Shown here: in pieces, positions 37,874 through 46,742 of the stretch
How the letters are laid out: the number at the start of each line of letters is the position of its first letter
Position numbering within the stretch: the first letter of the stretch is position 1
NCBI GenBank assembly: GCA_963840855.1
Contig: CAWJBB010000012.1
Location: 1-46,742, forward strand
Direction: 5' to 3'
DNA from: an uncultured delta proteobacterium
Lineage (GTDB): Bacteria > Desulfobacterota > Binatia > UBA9968
DNA: 46,742 bases
Program-made: the position numbers and the translations under genes
The notes under the pieces: model-generated
Told to the model about the DNA's origin: nothing
The model's input: the letters and a program-made list of their open reading frames with translations, nothing else
Databases searched by the model: none

Positions 37874-39337
37874 ATGAAGCGTTCCCTCTGGATTGGGATA
37901 TTGGTGGTGGTTCTGGGTGGTTACGCGGGTTTTCAGCAATATTCCTCTTGGTCTCTCAGCAAACCTCAAGATAAAAACGTTACGCAAAGCGTCGAAGGTG
38001 GTGGGCGAGGGTCCGCCGGCGGCGGCCAAGGCCGGGGTGGCGCCGAGGGACGCGGTGGAGGCCGCTCGCGCGAAGCGGTACCCGTGCTGGTGGCCACGGC
38101 GGCGCAAAAGTCCGTGCCGGCGCAGATCCGCGCGGTGGGCAACGCCGAGCCTTTTGCCACGGTTTCCGTCAAGAGCCAAGTTACCGGCGTACTCACTAAA
38201 GCCCACTTCAAGGAAGGCCAAGACGTTAAGCTGGGCCAACTCCTCTTCACCATCGATCCCCGGCCTCTGGAGGCGGCGGTCAAGCAGGCGGAAGCCAACC
38301 TGGCGCGCGACAACGCGCAGCTAAAGAATATGCGTGAACAGGTCAAGCGCTACGCCGAGCTGGTGGAAAAACAGTACGTATCGCGCGAGCAGTATGATCA
38401 GATTCGCACCAATGCCGACGCCATGGAATCGGTCGTCGATGCGGATAAAGCGGCGCTGGACAACGCCAAAGTTCAGCTGAGCTATTGTTACATTTACTCG
38501 CCGGTGAACGGCCGCGTCGGCAGCCTGCTGGTCAACGAAGGAAACCTGGTTCGAGTCAATGACGGGACGCCCCTGGTCGTGATCAACCAGGTAAGTCCGA
38601 TGAACGTTACTTTCGCGGTGCCCGAAAATCATCTAGCCGATCTCCAGCGACTCATGGCAGGAGGTCAACTAAAAGTTGCCGCCTCGTTTCCCTCTGACGA
38701 GGGACGCCCAGAATTAGGCGTTCTTGAATTTGTCGATAACACCGTGGACCGGGCCACCGGGACCATCAAGCTCAAGGGAGTATTTACCAATAATCAAAGA
38801 CGGCTTTGGCCCGGCCAATTTATTAACGTGGCTTTGACGCTATCGACGCAGGCTGATGCCGTGGTGGTTCCGTCCGAGGCCGTGCAGGTCGGTCAGGAAG
38901 GGCAGCATGTGTTCGTCGTAAAACCGGACAAAACGGTGGAAGTCAGGCCGGTCACGCTCGGCAGCACCAATGAAGGCGTAGCGGTTATCGCCAAGGGGCT
39001 TACAGCCGGCGAGCAAGTCGTCAGAGAAGGACAGTTTTTGTTAGGACCCGGTTCGCGCATCGAGATAAAGGATACGACGAAAGTAGCGACCGAAAGTAAG
39101 GGTGAGAGCAGACGAGGGCGAGGTGAAAAGGGGACGGCTGAGGGTGAGTCCAGCGAGTCGGGCACTGCCGCGGTGGAGAAGGGTAACGGACGAGGGGAAC
39201 GTGGCGAATCCGGCCGGGATGCAGTGGCAGGGGAAGTCAGTGGATCGACAAAAGTGGGCGACGAAAGCAAAGGCGAAGGAGGCCAGAGGCGCAAAGGCCA
39301 GGGCCGGTCGAAGGGCACGGGAGAGGCGAAGGGTTAA
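37874..39337 (+). CDS. RND efflux periplasmic adaptor (MdtA-like) with a low-complexity C-terminal tail
   Basis: TM anchor; FKEGQDVK.GQLLF.IDPRP; SPVNGRVG; LWPGQF. Confidence 0.92.
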   Translation: MKRSLWIGILVVVLGGYAGFQQYSSWSLSKPQDKNVTQSVEGGGRGSAGGGQGRGGAEGRGGGRSREAVPVLVATAAQKSVPAQIRAVGNAEPFATVSVKSQVTGVLTKAHFKEGQDVKLGQLLFTIDPRPLEAAVKQAEANLARDNAQLKNMREQVKRYAELVEKQYVSREQYDQIRTNADAMESVVDADKAALDNAKVQLSYCYIYSPVNGRVGSLLVNEGNLVRVNDGTPLVVINQVSPMNVTFAVPENHLADLQRLMAGGQLKVAASFPSDEGRPELGVLEFVDNTVDRATGTIKLKGVFTNNQRRLWPGQFINVALTLSTQADAVVVPSEAVQVGQEGQHVFVVKPDKTVEVRPVTLGSTNEGVAVIAKGLTAGEQVVREGQFLLGPGSRIEIKDTTKVATESKGESRRGRGEKGTAEGESSESGTAAVEKGNGRGERGESGRDAVAGEVSGSTKVGDESKGEGGQRRKGQGRSKGTGEAKG

Positions 39338-39358
39338 GGCGAACCAAAGAGGGGAGTC

Positions 39359-42300
39359 ATGAATATATCGTATCTTTTCATCACCAGGCCGGTCACCACG
39401 ACTCTGGTTATGCTGGGTATCCTGATCTTCGGTGTCATGGGCTATAGGGCTTTGCCCGTGAGCGATCTTCCCACCGTGGATTTTCCAACGATTACGGTAA
39501 ACGCCAACCTGGCGGGCGCCAGCGCCGAAACGATGGCGTCGGGGGTGGCGACTCCGCTGGAGAAAAATTTCTCGACCATCGCGGGCCTCGATTCCATGAG
39601 CTCGACAAGCAGTTTGGGGCGGACTCAAATCACGTTGCAGTTCAATCTGAACCGAAACGTCGATGCCGCGGCGCAAGACGTTCAGGCGATGATCGCGCGT
39701 TCGGCGCGCGATCTGCCGCCAAATATGCTAACCCCGCCGTCATATCGGAAGGTCAATCCGGCGAACAATTCCATTCTGCTGCTGGCGTTGACATCTCCGA
39801 CGCTTCCGTTGTCGACCATCGATGAATTCGCCCAGACGATTTTGGCGCAGCGCATCTCAATGGTGAGCGGCGTCGCCCAGGTCGATGTTATCGGCTCGCA
39901 AAAATACGCCGTGCGGATTCAACTGGATCCTAACCGGTTGGCGGCCCGCCAGGTCGGCATCGACGACGTGGTCAACGCGGTCACGCGCGGCAACGTGGAC
40001 CTGCCGGTCGGAACGTTGAATGCTCCCAACCGCGCCTACACCTTGGTATCAGACGGCCAGCTGGTGAACGCGGAAGCTTTTAAACCGATGGTCGTCACTT
40101 ATCGGAACGGCGCGCCGGTGCGCATCCAGGACATCGGCACGGCTGTGGATGGCGTGGAAAACAGCAGGGTCGCAAGCTGGTTCAAGGATAAAAGGGCCGT
40201 CATCCTGGGAGTACAGCGGCAACCGGGCGCCAACGTCGTCGAAGTTGTCGATGCGGTCAAAGAAATTCTCCCGGGTCTGCGCTTGCAAATTCCCCAGTCC
40301 GTCAATTTGGAATTGTTTTTCGACCGCACCCAGTCGATTCGGGAATCGGTGCATGACGTGCAATTGACCATGATTGGGACGATCGTGCTGGTCGTCCTGG
40401 TGATTTTCCTTTTTCTGCGAAATGTTTCGGCGACGATTATCCCGAGTTTGGCATTGCCCATGTCGATCACCGGCACGTTCGCTGTGATGTATTTGCTCGA
40501 CTACAGCCTTGATAACTTGTCCCTGATGGCTTTGACGCTGGCAGTTGGTTTCGTGGTGGACGACGCCATCGTCGTTTTAGAAAACATCGTGCGCCATATG
40601 GAACAGGGTGAAAAACCCTACGACGCTGCGGTCAAGGGGGCCCAGGAGATCGGCTTTACGATTGTCTCGATGACGCTTGCATTGGTGGCTGCCTTCATCC
40701 CGGTGCTGTTTATGAGCGGCATGCTGGGACGGATTCTGCGCGAATTCGCCGTCACCATCTGCGTGGCGATTCTGGTTTCGGGATTCATCTCGTTGACTCT
40801 TACGCCGATGTTGGCCAGTCGCTATCTTCGTCCGCCCCATGATCAGAAGCATGGTTGGTTGTATCGTTTCCTCGGCCGCTGTTTGGATATGATGAATAAC
40901 GCCTATGCAGCGAGTCTTAGTTGGGTGATGCGCCACCACGTTACGACCATCGCGGCCTCGGTCCTCGTATTAGCTGCTACCGTCCATATGTTCGGCTTGG
41001 TGCCCAAAGGATTTATTCCGAGCGAAGATACCGGGCAGGTCGTGATCAACACAGAGGGATCGCAAGGCGTTTCTTATGAACAAATGGTGCAGTACCAGCA
41101 ACAGCTGGCGGCGATCGTTCTCAAGGATCCGAACGTCGAAGCGTTTTTCTCGAGTGTCGGAACCGGCGGAGCGGGAATAACCGGCAACACCGGCCGCATC
41201 TTTATGAAGCTCAAGCCGCGCTCGGAACGGCCGGTGGTCTGCTCCGAGACATCTTGGATAAAATCCTGCCGGTCTCTCACTGCCGACGAGTTGATCCGGG
41301 ATTTGCGACCCAGGTTGGCGCGAGTGCCGGGGATCCGCGTTTCTTTGCAAAATCCGCCGGTGATCCGCGTCGGCGGACGGCTCAGCCGCAGCTTATACCA
41401 GTTCACGTTGCAAAGCCCGGACTCCCAGGAACTGTACCGTAACGCTTATTTGTTTGAGGAAAAATTGAAAGCGCTTCCTGACTTCAGAGACGTCGGCAGC
41501 GATCTGCAGCTCAAGAATCCTCAGTTGCAGGTGGTTATCGATCGAGACAAGATGGCGACGATGGGGATCACGGCGCAGGGCATTTCACCGCGCCAGGTAG
41601 AGGAGGCCTTCTGGAACGCCTATGCAACGCGCCAAATCTCGACCATCAATACGCCGAGCAATCAATATCAGGTGATCCTGGAGCTGGATCCACAGTTTCA
41701 AAACGACCCATCGGCACTGTCGATGCTCTATATCCGCTCGACGACCGGTCAAGCCGCGACGGCTCAACCGATGGTGCCCTTGGGTTCGCTGGCGACTCTC
41801 AAATACACCGCTGGGCCGCTAACGGTCAATCATTCAGGGCAGCTCGCTTCGGTGACGATGTCTTTTAATTTGCGGGAAGGAGTTGCTTTGGGAGATGCGG
41901 TGGAGACCATTAACAAGTTGGCCCGTGACACCCTGCCGGGCTCCATCAGCACGAATTTTCAAGGGACGGCGCAAGAATTTCAGAAATCGATCACAAGCCT
42001 GTGGGTCCTCTTAGCGCTTGCCGTATTCGTCGTCTATTTGGTCTTGGGGATCTTGTATGAGAGCTTTATCCATCCATTGACGATCCTGTCCGGATTACCG
42101 TCAGCGGGTCTTGGCGCTCTGATCGCGTTGTATCTGTTCAACATGGACCTCAGTATTTATGCCTTCGTCGGTTTGATCATGCTCATCGGAATCGTGAAAA
42201 AGAACGCGATCATGATGATTGACTTCGCTCTCGAAGGGCAGCGCAACGAAGGGAAACCACCGGCGCAAGCGATCTATGAAGGCGCGCTGGTGCGCTTCAG

Positions 42301-42586
42301 GCCGATCATGATGACGACCATGGCGGCCATCGTAGGCGCCGTACCGATTGCCATCGGCTGGGGGGCCGGCGCGGAAGCGCGCCAACCGCTCGGCATCGCG
42401 GTGGTTGGGGGTTTGATCGTTTCGCAGATCCTGACGCTTTACATCACCCCGGTGGTTTATCTCTATCTTGAGAAGTTCCAGCAACTGCTAGTGGCGCTAC
42501 CGACGAAATTCCGCCGCGCGGCGAAGTCTACCGAGGTAGGGCCTAAGCTCGGGGTCGAGAACCCCGGTTCGCATGGCGCGCCTTAG
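39359..42586 (+). CDS. RND efflux permease (AcrB/MdtB/MdtC-like)
   Basis: RPVTTTL; GFVVDDAIVVLENI; GIVKKNAIMMIDFA; RFRPIMMTT. Confidence 0.95.
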   Translation: MNISYLFITRPVTTTLVMLGILIFGVMGYRALPVSDLPTVDFPTITVNANLAGASAETMASGVATPLEKNFSTIAGLDSMSSTSSLGRTQITLQFNLNRNVDAAAQDVQAMIARSARDLPPNMLTPPSYRKVNPANNSILLLALTSPTLPLSTIDEFAQTILAQRISMVSGVAQVDVIGSQKYAVRIQLDPNRLAARQVGIDDVVNAVTRGNVDLPVGTLNAPNRAYTLVSDGQLVNAEAFKPMVVTYRNGAPVRIQDIGTAVDGVENSRVASWFKDKRAVILGVQRQPGANVVEVVDAVKEILPGLRLQIPQSVNLELFFDRTQSIRESVHDVQLTMIGTIVLVVLVIFLFLRNVSATIIPSLALPMSITGTFAVMYLLDYSLDNLSLMALTLAVGFVVDDAIVVLENIVRHMEQGEKPYDAAVKGAQEIGFTIVSMTLALVAAFIPVLFMSGMLGRILREFAVTICVAILVSGFISLTLTPMLASRYLRPPHDQKHGWLYRFLGRCLDMMNNAYAASLSWVMRHHVTTIAASVLVLAATVHMFGLVPKGFIPSEDTGQVVINTEGSQGVSYEQMVQYQQQLAAIVLKDPNVEAFFSSVGTGGAGITGNTGRIFMKLKPRSERPVVCSETSWIKSCRSLTADELIRDLRPRLARVPGIRVSLQNPPVIRVGGRLSRSLYQFTLQSPDSQELYRNAYLFEEKLKALPDFRDVGSDLQLKNPQLQVVIDRDKMATMGITAQGISPRQVEEAFWNAYATRQISTINTPSNQYQVILELDPQFQNDPSALSMLYIRSTTGQAATAQPMVPLGSLATLKYTAGPLTVNHSGQLASVTMSFNLREGVALGDAVETINKLARDTLPGSISTNFQGTAQEFQKSITSLWVLLALAVFVVYLVLGILYESFIHPLTILSGLPSAGLGALIALYLFNMDLSIYAFVGLIMLIGIVKKNAIMMIDFALEGQRNEGKPPAQAIYEGALVRFRPIMMTTMAAIVGAVPIAIGWGAGAEARQPLGIAVVGGLIVSQILTLYITPVVYLYLEKFQQLLVALPTKFRRAAKSTEVGPKLGVENPGSHGAP

Positions 42587-42633
42587 CTGCCAGGGAAGAA
42601 GAGATTTAACCACTAAGGACAAAGGATTTTTTC

Positions 42634-42661
42634 GGGCGGGTTTCACACCCGCCCTTTTTTT
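42634..42661 (+). terminator. Intrinsic terminator-like hairpin
   Basis: GGGCGGG tttcaca CCCGCCC TTTTTTT. Confidence 0.6.
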
Positions 42662-42697
42662 GGCGGAGCAGCGTGTAGCCCGTTTTCGGTCTCGCCG

Positions 42698-43828
42698 GTG
42701 AAACATTTTTTCACACTCTCATTGATTCTGGCCGGTTTGGTCATTGGCCATTCGCTGGTCTCTGCTCCGGTCCGAGACCGGGTCTCCGGACTTTTTGCGC
42801 TCGATTACGAGATCCCCGTCGAGGTTTGGCAAGCCGAAAAGAGCTCCCTGGGTCACATACTAACTGCACGGGGTGAACTAGAGCCTGTCAAAGAAATCAG
42901 AATCAACGGAACCATACCGGGCGTTATCAAAGACATTCGCTACGCAGCGGGTGACAAAGTCGCCGCGGGCGCAGTGGTTGCAGCCGTTGAAGCCAAAGAC
43001 CTAAACGAGCGGCTCGCCGTCCAGGAAGCCGCCATTAAAGAAGCGGAGGCGCATATCAAAAAAACTGACGACCAGTTGGCGGCGGCGGAAAAACAGCTCG
43101 CCGATTTGCGCGACCTCTACCAGAAAAACTTTATTGCCCGGCGTGAAGTGGAACAGGCGGAAGCTGCGGCAAAGACCGCGCGCGTTCAAAGAGACGCGGC
43201 CCAGGCGCAATTGGCACAGCGAACCTCGGTGTCGGCGCAAACCCGCCATGTTCTCCATCTGGCGCAGATCACCGCGCCGGTCGCCGGAGTCGTAACTCGC
43301 CGGTGGTCAGAGCCCGGCGCCGCGGTGCCCGAGGCGGCGCCGATTCTCTCCATCGCCCCCACCGATACCCTTAAAATCATCCTCAAATTGAGGAGCGCAG
43401 AGGCGGAGAAAATTCCGCCAGGGACGTCGGTGAAAGTCAAGGTGGATGCTTTGCCTGGAACAGACTTTCGAGGCAAAGTTACACGGGTCCAGGAGCTGGC
43501 GAATTTCACCGGCGACGAGTCATCGGTCGAGATCGAGCTGGCCAACCCTGGTGGCGCACTAAAATTCGGCATGCCGGTCAGTGTCTCTTTCTCAACCGGT
43601 GAACGGCGCGACGGGATCTTCGTTCCTAAGTCAGCGCTGATCGAGGTTCACGGGAAACCCTATATCTATATTAACGAAGGCGGCAAAGCCCGCCAGAGAA
43701 ATGTCACACCCGGCAAGCAATACGACGGTCAAATCGAGGTCGTCTCCGGCCTTGATCCGGGTGAAGCTGTGGTGGTCAAAGGTGTCGAGCGCCTGGGCGA
43801 CGGCAGCCGCGTGCGCGCGGTGGATTAA
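42698..43828 (+). CDS. Second RND periplasmic adaptor subunit
   Basis: Lipoyl-like motifs, coiled coil, ITAPVAGVV, LKFGM, GLDPGEAVV. Confidence 0.88.
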   Translation: MKHFFTLSLILAGLVIGHSLVSAPVRDRVSGLFALDYEIPVEVWQAEKSSLGHILTARGELEPVKEIRINGTIPGVIKDIRYAAGDKVAAGAVVAAVEAKDLNERLAVQEAAIKEAEAHIKKTDDQLAAAEKQLADLRDLYQKNFIARREVEQAEAAAKTARVQRDAAQAQLAQRTSVSAQTRHVLHLAQITAPVAGVVTRRWSEPGAAVPEAAPILSIAPTDTLKIILKLRSAEAEKIPPGTSVKVKVDALPGTDFRGKVTRVQELANFTGDESSVEIELANPGGALKFGMPVSVSFSTGERRDGIFVPKSALIEVHGKPYIYINEGGKARQRNVTPGKQYDGQIEVVSGLDPGEAVVVKGVERLGDGSRVRAVD

Positions 43829-43837
43829 TTCTGGGAC

Positions 43838-43896
43838 GTTCAAAGTTCAAGGTTCAATGTTCAAGGTGGGGGGGCGTCGAACTTTGAACTTTGAAC
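43838..43896. repeat. Inverted pair of GTTCAA(A/G) heptamer arrays
   Basis: gttcaaa gttcaag gttcaat gttcaag ... gtcgaac tttgaac tttgaac. Confidence 0.85.
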
Positions 43897-43914
43897 GGGC
43901 GCAGCCGCGCCGCG

Positions 43915-45798
43915 TTACCAGCGGAAAGGATTGAGCAGCTTACCGACACTTTCCACGTCCTGTTTCATTTGATCAAAGACGCCTTTATTTTCTTCTTCCG
44001 CCTGAGCTGAAGGCTTTTTCTGCTCGGCGGGTTTCGCCGCGGGCGCCGCCGGTGGAGGTGGCTGAGGTCCGCGCACCAGCGCCGCCTTGGGAATCTCACG
44101 GGTCGCCGGCTCTTCGGGTTTGTTGGTTTCTTTTTGGGCGCTTTCCGACGTCGATTGCTCAATGGCCGGCGCCTGCCCGGGGCTTAGGAACAGAGGACCC
44201 TTTTCCAGGACGCGCTTGGGCTCGAGATTGATTTCCTTCGGCGGCGCAGCCGGTGTGCCTGTAGTTTGAGTAATTACAGGCACAGGCTCAAATTTGCCGG
44301 GCTCGACGCCTTGGCCCTTGAGTTTTTGATCAATGTTGCTCAAGAGGCCGCTGCTGACCGCGCTCCGCTCCCCTTCAGTATTTGGTTGCGCTCTAGCGAT
44401 CGCCGCCTGCGCGGCTGCGGGGTCTTTAAATACCTCCGCTACTTCTGGAGGGGATGGAAGTTCGCCGGGGCCCTTGCCTTCTTTTTTCAAATTGGCATCG
44501 ATCTGTTCCAGGAGCTTAGCACTGTCCGTATTGTGCTGATTTGGCTGGAGGTCATCGACGTTGGGCAGTTCGATGGCGGGTGGCTTCAGCGCCGCAGTCT
44601 GTGATTTTGAGTCAATTCCTTGTTGCTCAAGAGAATCATCGATGCGAGCGACCAGGCTTTCGTTATTGCCGGAGGTTTCTTTGGTTGAGTTCGCGTCGCT
44701 ACCGCCGAACAGGGAGGAGAAAAAGCCTTTGGATTCGGTCTTCGGTGGCTTGCTGTTTTTGGCCAGAAGGTCGACGGCGCTTACGGGTTTTTCCTCCTTC
44801 TTCTTTTCATCGCTCGATGAGGCGGAGAATGGATTAATCGTTTGGACGACGCGGCTAATAATGCTTTTCTCCACCCCCGGCGCTTCATAGACGACTTCGG
44901 TTTTTGCCACGAGATTATTCGCTTCTTTTGACTTGGCGGCGGTCTTGGCTTCCGGCTTCGTTTCCGCAGTTTCCAGTGCTAACGCGGGTCGCCGGTCGCG
45001 CATGAGTAACATGGCGAGCGGATCTTGCTTGTTTTTCTCGATCTGCGCCAGTTGTGTTCTGGCGGGGGCGGTAAAAGGATCGTTTGGATAGTGTTCAAGC
45101 AAGGCTTCATAAGCTAACGATGCCTTTACGTTGTTTTTCTCGTTGCGGTAGCTCTCGCCGAGATAGAAAAGGCTTTTGCTCGCCACCGGCGTGCCGCGGT
45201 AATTGCGCACGATTTCTTCAAAGCGATCCCGCGCCGCCGGATATTTTTCCTGCTTGAAGTAAAACTCCGCAATATTGAATTCATGTTGGGCGAGGATGCC
45301 GTTGCATTTGGCGAGTTTTTCTTTCGCTTCCGCGGCGTAGGGCGATTTCGGATAGTTGGCGAGCACCGCTTCGAAGTAACCCTTGGCGATCTCGGTATTC
45401 TTCTGGTCCCGGTTGATGTCGGTGAACTGATTGAAGTGAGCCTGGCCGAGCCGCAAGACGACGAATGGAATATGTTCGCTAGAGGGATGCACCGTCTGAA
45501 ATTCCTTGAAGGCGTTGACCGCTTCGACATACTGCTCGTTGAGAAAATAGGCGTCGGCGATCTTGAGTTCGGTTTCAGTGAGGAGGGGGCTAAAAGGGTG
45601 TTCGGTCTTCAGCTTGTTGAAGGCGTCCAGGGCTCGCGCGTATCTTTTATCCTCGAGATACCGCGTGCCTTCCTCGTAGAGCGCCTCAGCCGTGGGATCG
45701 ACGGGCGTCGACTTAGACCAAGGCATCGATGACAAAGAGCAACCCGTTGCGAGAAGCGCGAGGAACAGCGCTCCAGCGGCGAACATCTCAATTCTCAT
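43915..45798 (-). CDS. bamD: Outer membrane protein assembly factor BamD with a long C-terminal extension
   Basis: Lipobox LATGC; TPRs with HPFS, RDQKNT, YPKSPYA, LAQHEFNIAEFY..KY.AA..RF. Confidence 0.85.
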   Translation of the reverse strand: MRIEMFAAGALFLALLATGCSLSSMPWSKSTPVDPTAEALYEEGTRYLEDKRYARALDAFNKLKTEHPFSPLLTETELKIADAYFLNEQYVEAVNAFKEFQTVHPSSEHIPFVVLRLGQAHFNQFTDINRDQKNTEIAKGYFEAVLANYPKSPYAAEAKEKLAKCNGILAQHEFNIAEFYFKQEKYPAARDRFEEIVRNYRGTPVASKSLFYLGESYRNEKNNVKASLAYEALLEHYPNDPFTAPARTQLAQIEKNKQDPLAMLLMRDRRPALALETAETKPEAKTAAKSKEANNLVAKTEVVYEAPGVEKSIISRVVQTINPFSASSSDEKKKEEKPVSAVDLLAKNSKPPKTESKGFFSSLFGGSDANSTKETSGNNESLVARIDDSLEQQGIDSKSQTAALKPPAIELPNVDDLQPNQHNTDSAKLLEQIDANLKKEGKGPGELPSPPEVAEVFKDPAAAQAAIARAQPNTEGERSAVSSGLLSNIDQKLKGQGVEPGKFEPVPVITQTTGTPAAPPKEINLEPKRVLEKGPLFLSPGQAPAIEQSTSESAQKETNKPEEPATREIPKAALVRGPQPPPPAAPAAKPAEQKKPSAQAEEENKGVFDQMKQDVESVGKLLNPFRW

Positions 45799-45827
45799 AG
45801 AGTGAACCTCAATAGAGTTTTTCCGAT

Positions 45828-45855
45828 GTTATACAGGTCGCGGAGAAGGAGTCAA
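45828..45855 (-). promoter_or_regulatory. Putative sigma70 promoter for bamD
   Basis: TTGACT-N16-TATAAC on the minus strand. Confidence 0.35.
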
Positions 45856-45893
45856 GCTAAAATCGGGGGGTTGGCGAATTTTGCGTGCCGGAC

Positions 45894-45975
45894 GTTCCAG
45901 TGGTTCAAGCCGTTCCAATCGTTCCAGCCGTTGAATAGTTCTAGGATCGTTTGGAACGAATTGAACGATTTGAAC
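45894..45975. repeat. Inverted pair of 9-bp arrays
   Basis: gttccagtg gttcaagcc gttccaatc gttccagcc ... gtttggaac gaattgaac gatttgaac. Confidence 0.8.
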
Positions 45976-46034
45976 CCCTATAGCTGCTAGCACGATCTTT
46001 TGGGATTGCATGATTGCACCTCGCAGCCGGGTTT

Positions 46035-46520
46035 TTACGGCGGCAGCACGCGGAGAGTGAACTCGGTTTGGTTAGAGCGGAAAACGAACGGCCAGACAGG
46101 AGGGAAAATTACATAGGCTGTGGTTTCTAATATGGAGTAAACGAGGTCCCCCGGCGGGCCTTTGTCGTCGTGGACGATGACTTTATAGTCTGCGGGCGGG
46201 AGGTCGGGAATTGTGAACTGAAGAACCTTGTCTTCGATCCACACGAGCTCTTCTCCCGGCACATGTTTTCTGTCCGCATCGGCGGCGATCAATTTGAGCT
46301 GCGGCCAATCCATGATCTTGCCGGCGATCTCGACTCTAGGCCAGCCGACGAGATACTCCATTGAGAGACTCATGACGTTTCCCGGCCGCCCATCGATTAT
46401 CACTCCGGGAGTTATATTGGTGATCCGCGGCGCGCACGCCGAAACAGTTAATAAAATTATTGCAGGGAAAAACCGCAGACAGCCAGTAAAGCAGTTTTGT
46501 TCCCACGTTTTCATTTCCAT
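46035..46520 (-). CDS. Hypothetical lipoprotein, possibly Ig-like (IPT/TIG) fold
   Basis: GAGGTG RBS; lipobox VSAC followed by PRITNITP...GRPG; beta-rich. Confidence 0.6.
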   Translation of the reverse strand: MEMKTWEQNCFTGCLRFFPAIILLTVSACAPRITNITPGVIIDGRPGNVMSLSMEYLVGWPRVEIAGKIMDWPQLKLIAADADRKHVPGEELVWIEDKVLQFTIPDLPPADYKVIVHDDKGPPGDLVYSILETTAYVIFPPVWPFVFRSNQTEFTLRVLPP

Positions 46521-46742
46521 TCGCGAAGATCACCTCTGTATCTCATAAGCGCGCGAATATTCCAATAAATTGCATGGGCTTATCGATGTTCGCTGCCTTG
46601 GTTTCGGCTTATTTGGGGCATACATTGACGGCTAAAAGACTATTAAATGATCGTAAAACCCGGTTTTTGTAAGATTTAGGTCTTAGAAAACTCGGGTTAC
46701 ATGGGAAAAATCGATGGATTTTCATACTATCGGCGTATTGTC

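Overview
Gene-dense bacterial chromosomal window. The gene content (RND systems, TolC, BamD, Lnt) is diderm. Many aromatic/xenobiotic catabolism-type genes and an orphan solute-binding protein suggest, by inference only, a Deltaproteobacteria/Binatia-like organism. Housekeeping genes are nth, lnt, fabI, a PduO-type adenosyltransferase and bamD. Catabolic-type genes are a LigB/LigA dioxygenase, SDR, UbiD, split xanthine-dehydrogenase-family subunits, VOC, M24-like and cyclase proteins. There is a DUF1302-DUF1329-YCF48-RND(MMPL) operon, a TolC-MFP-RND-MFP efflux operon, and two toxin-antitoxin-type loci. The most striking non-genic feature is the intergenic DNA, much of which holds inverted pairs of short (6-9 bp) tandem-repeat arrays from several families, plus REP-like palindromes. 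One array pair encloses a four-helix-bundle gene, and gene-less copies of the same array pair occur elsewhere. A MITE with 18-bp TIRs and a 4-bp target duplication is nested inside a REP-like element. About eight single-base frameshifts in otherwise intact genes point to indel errors in the assembly. No rRNA, tRNA or CRISPR array was seen. All family assignments come from motif recognition, not database searches.
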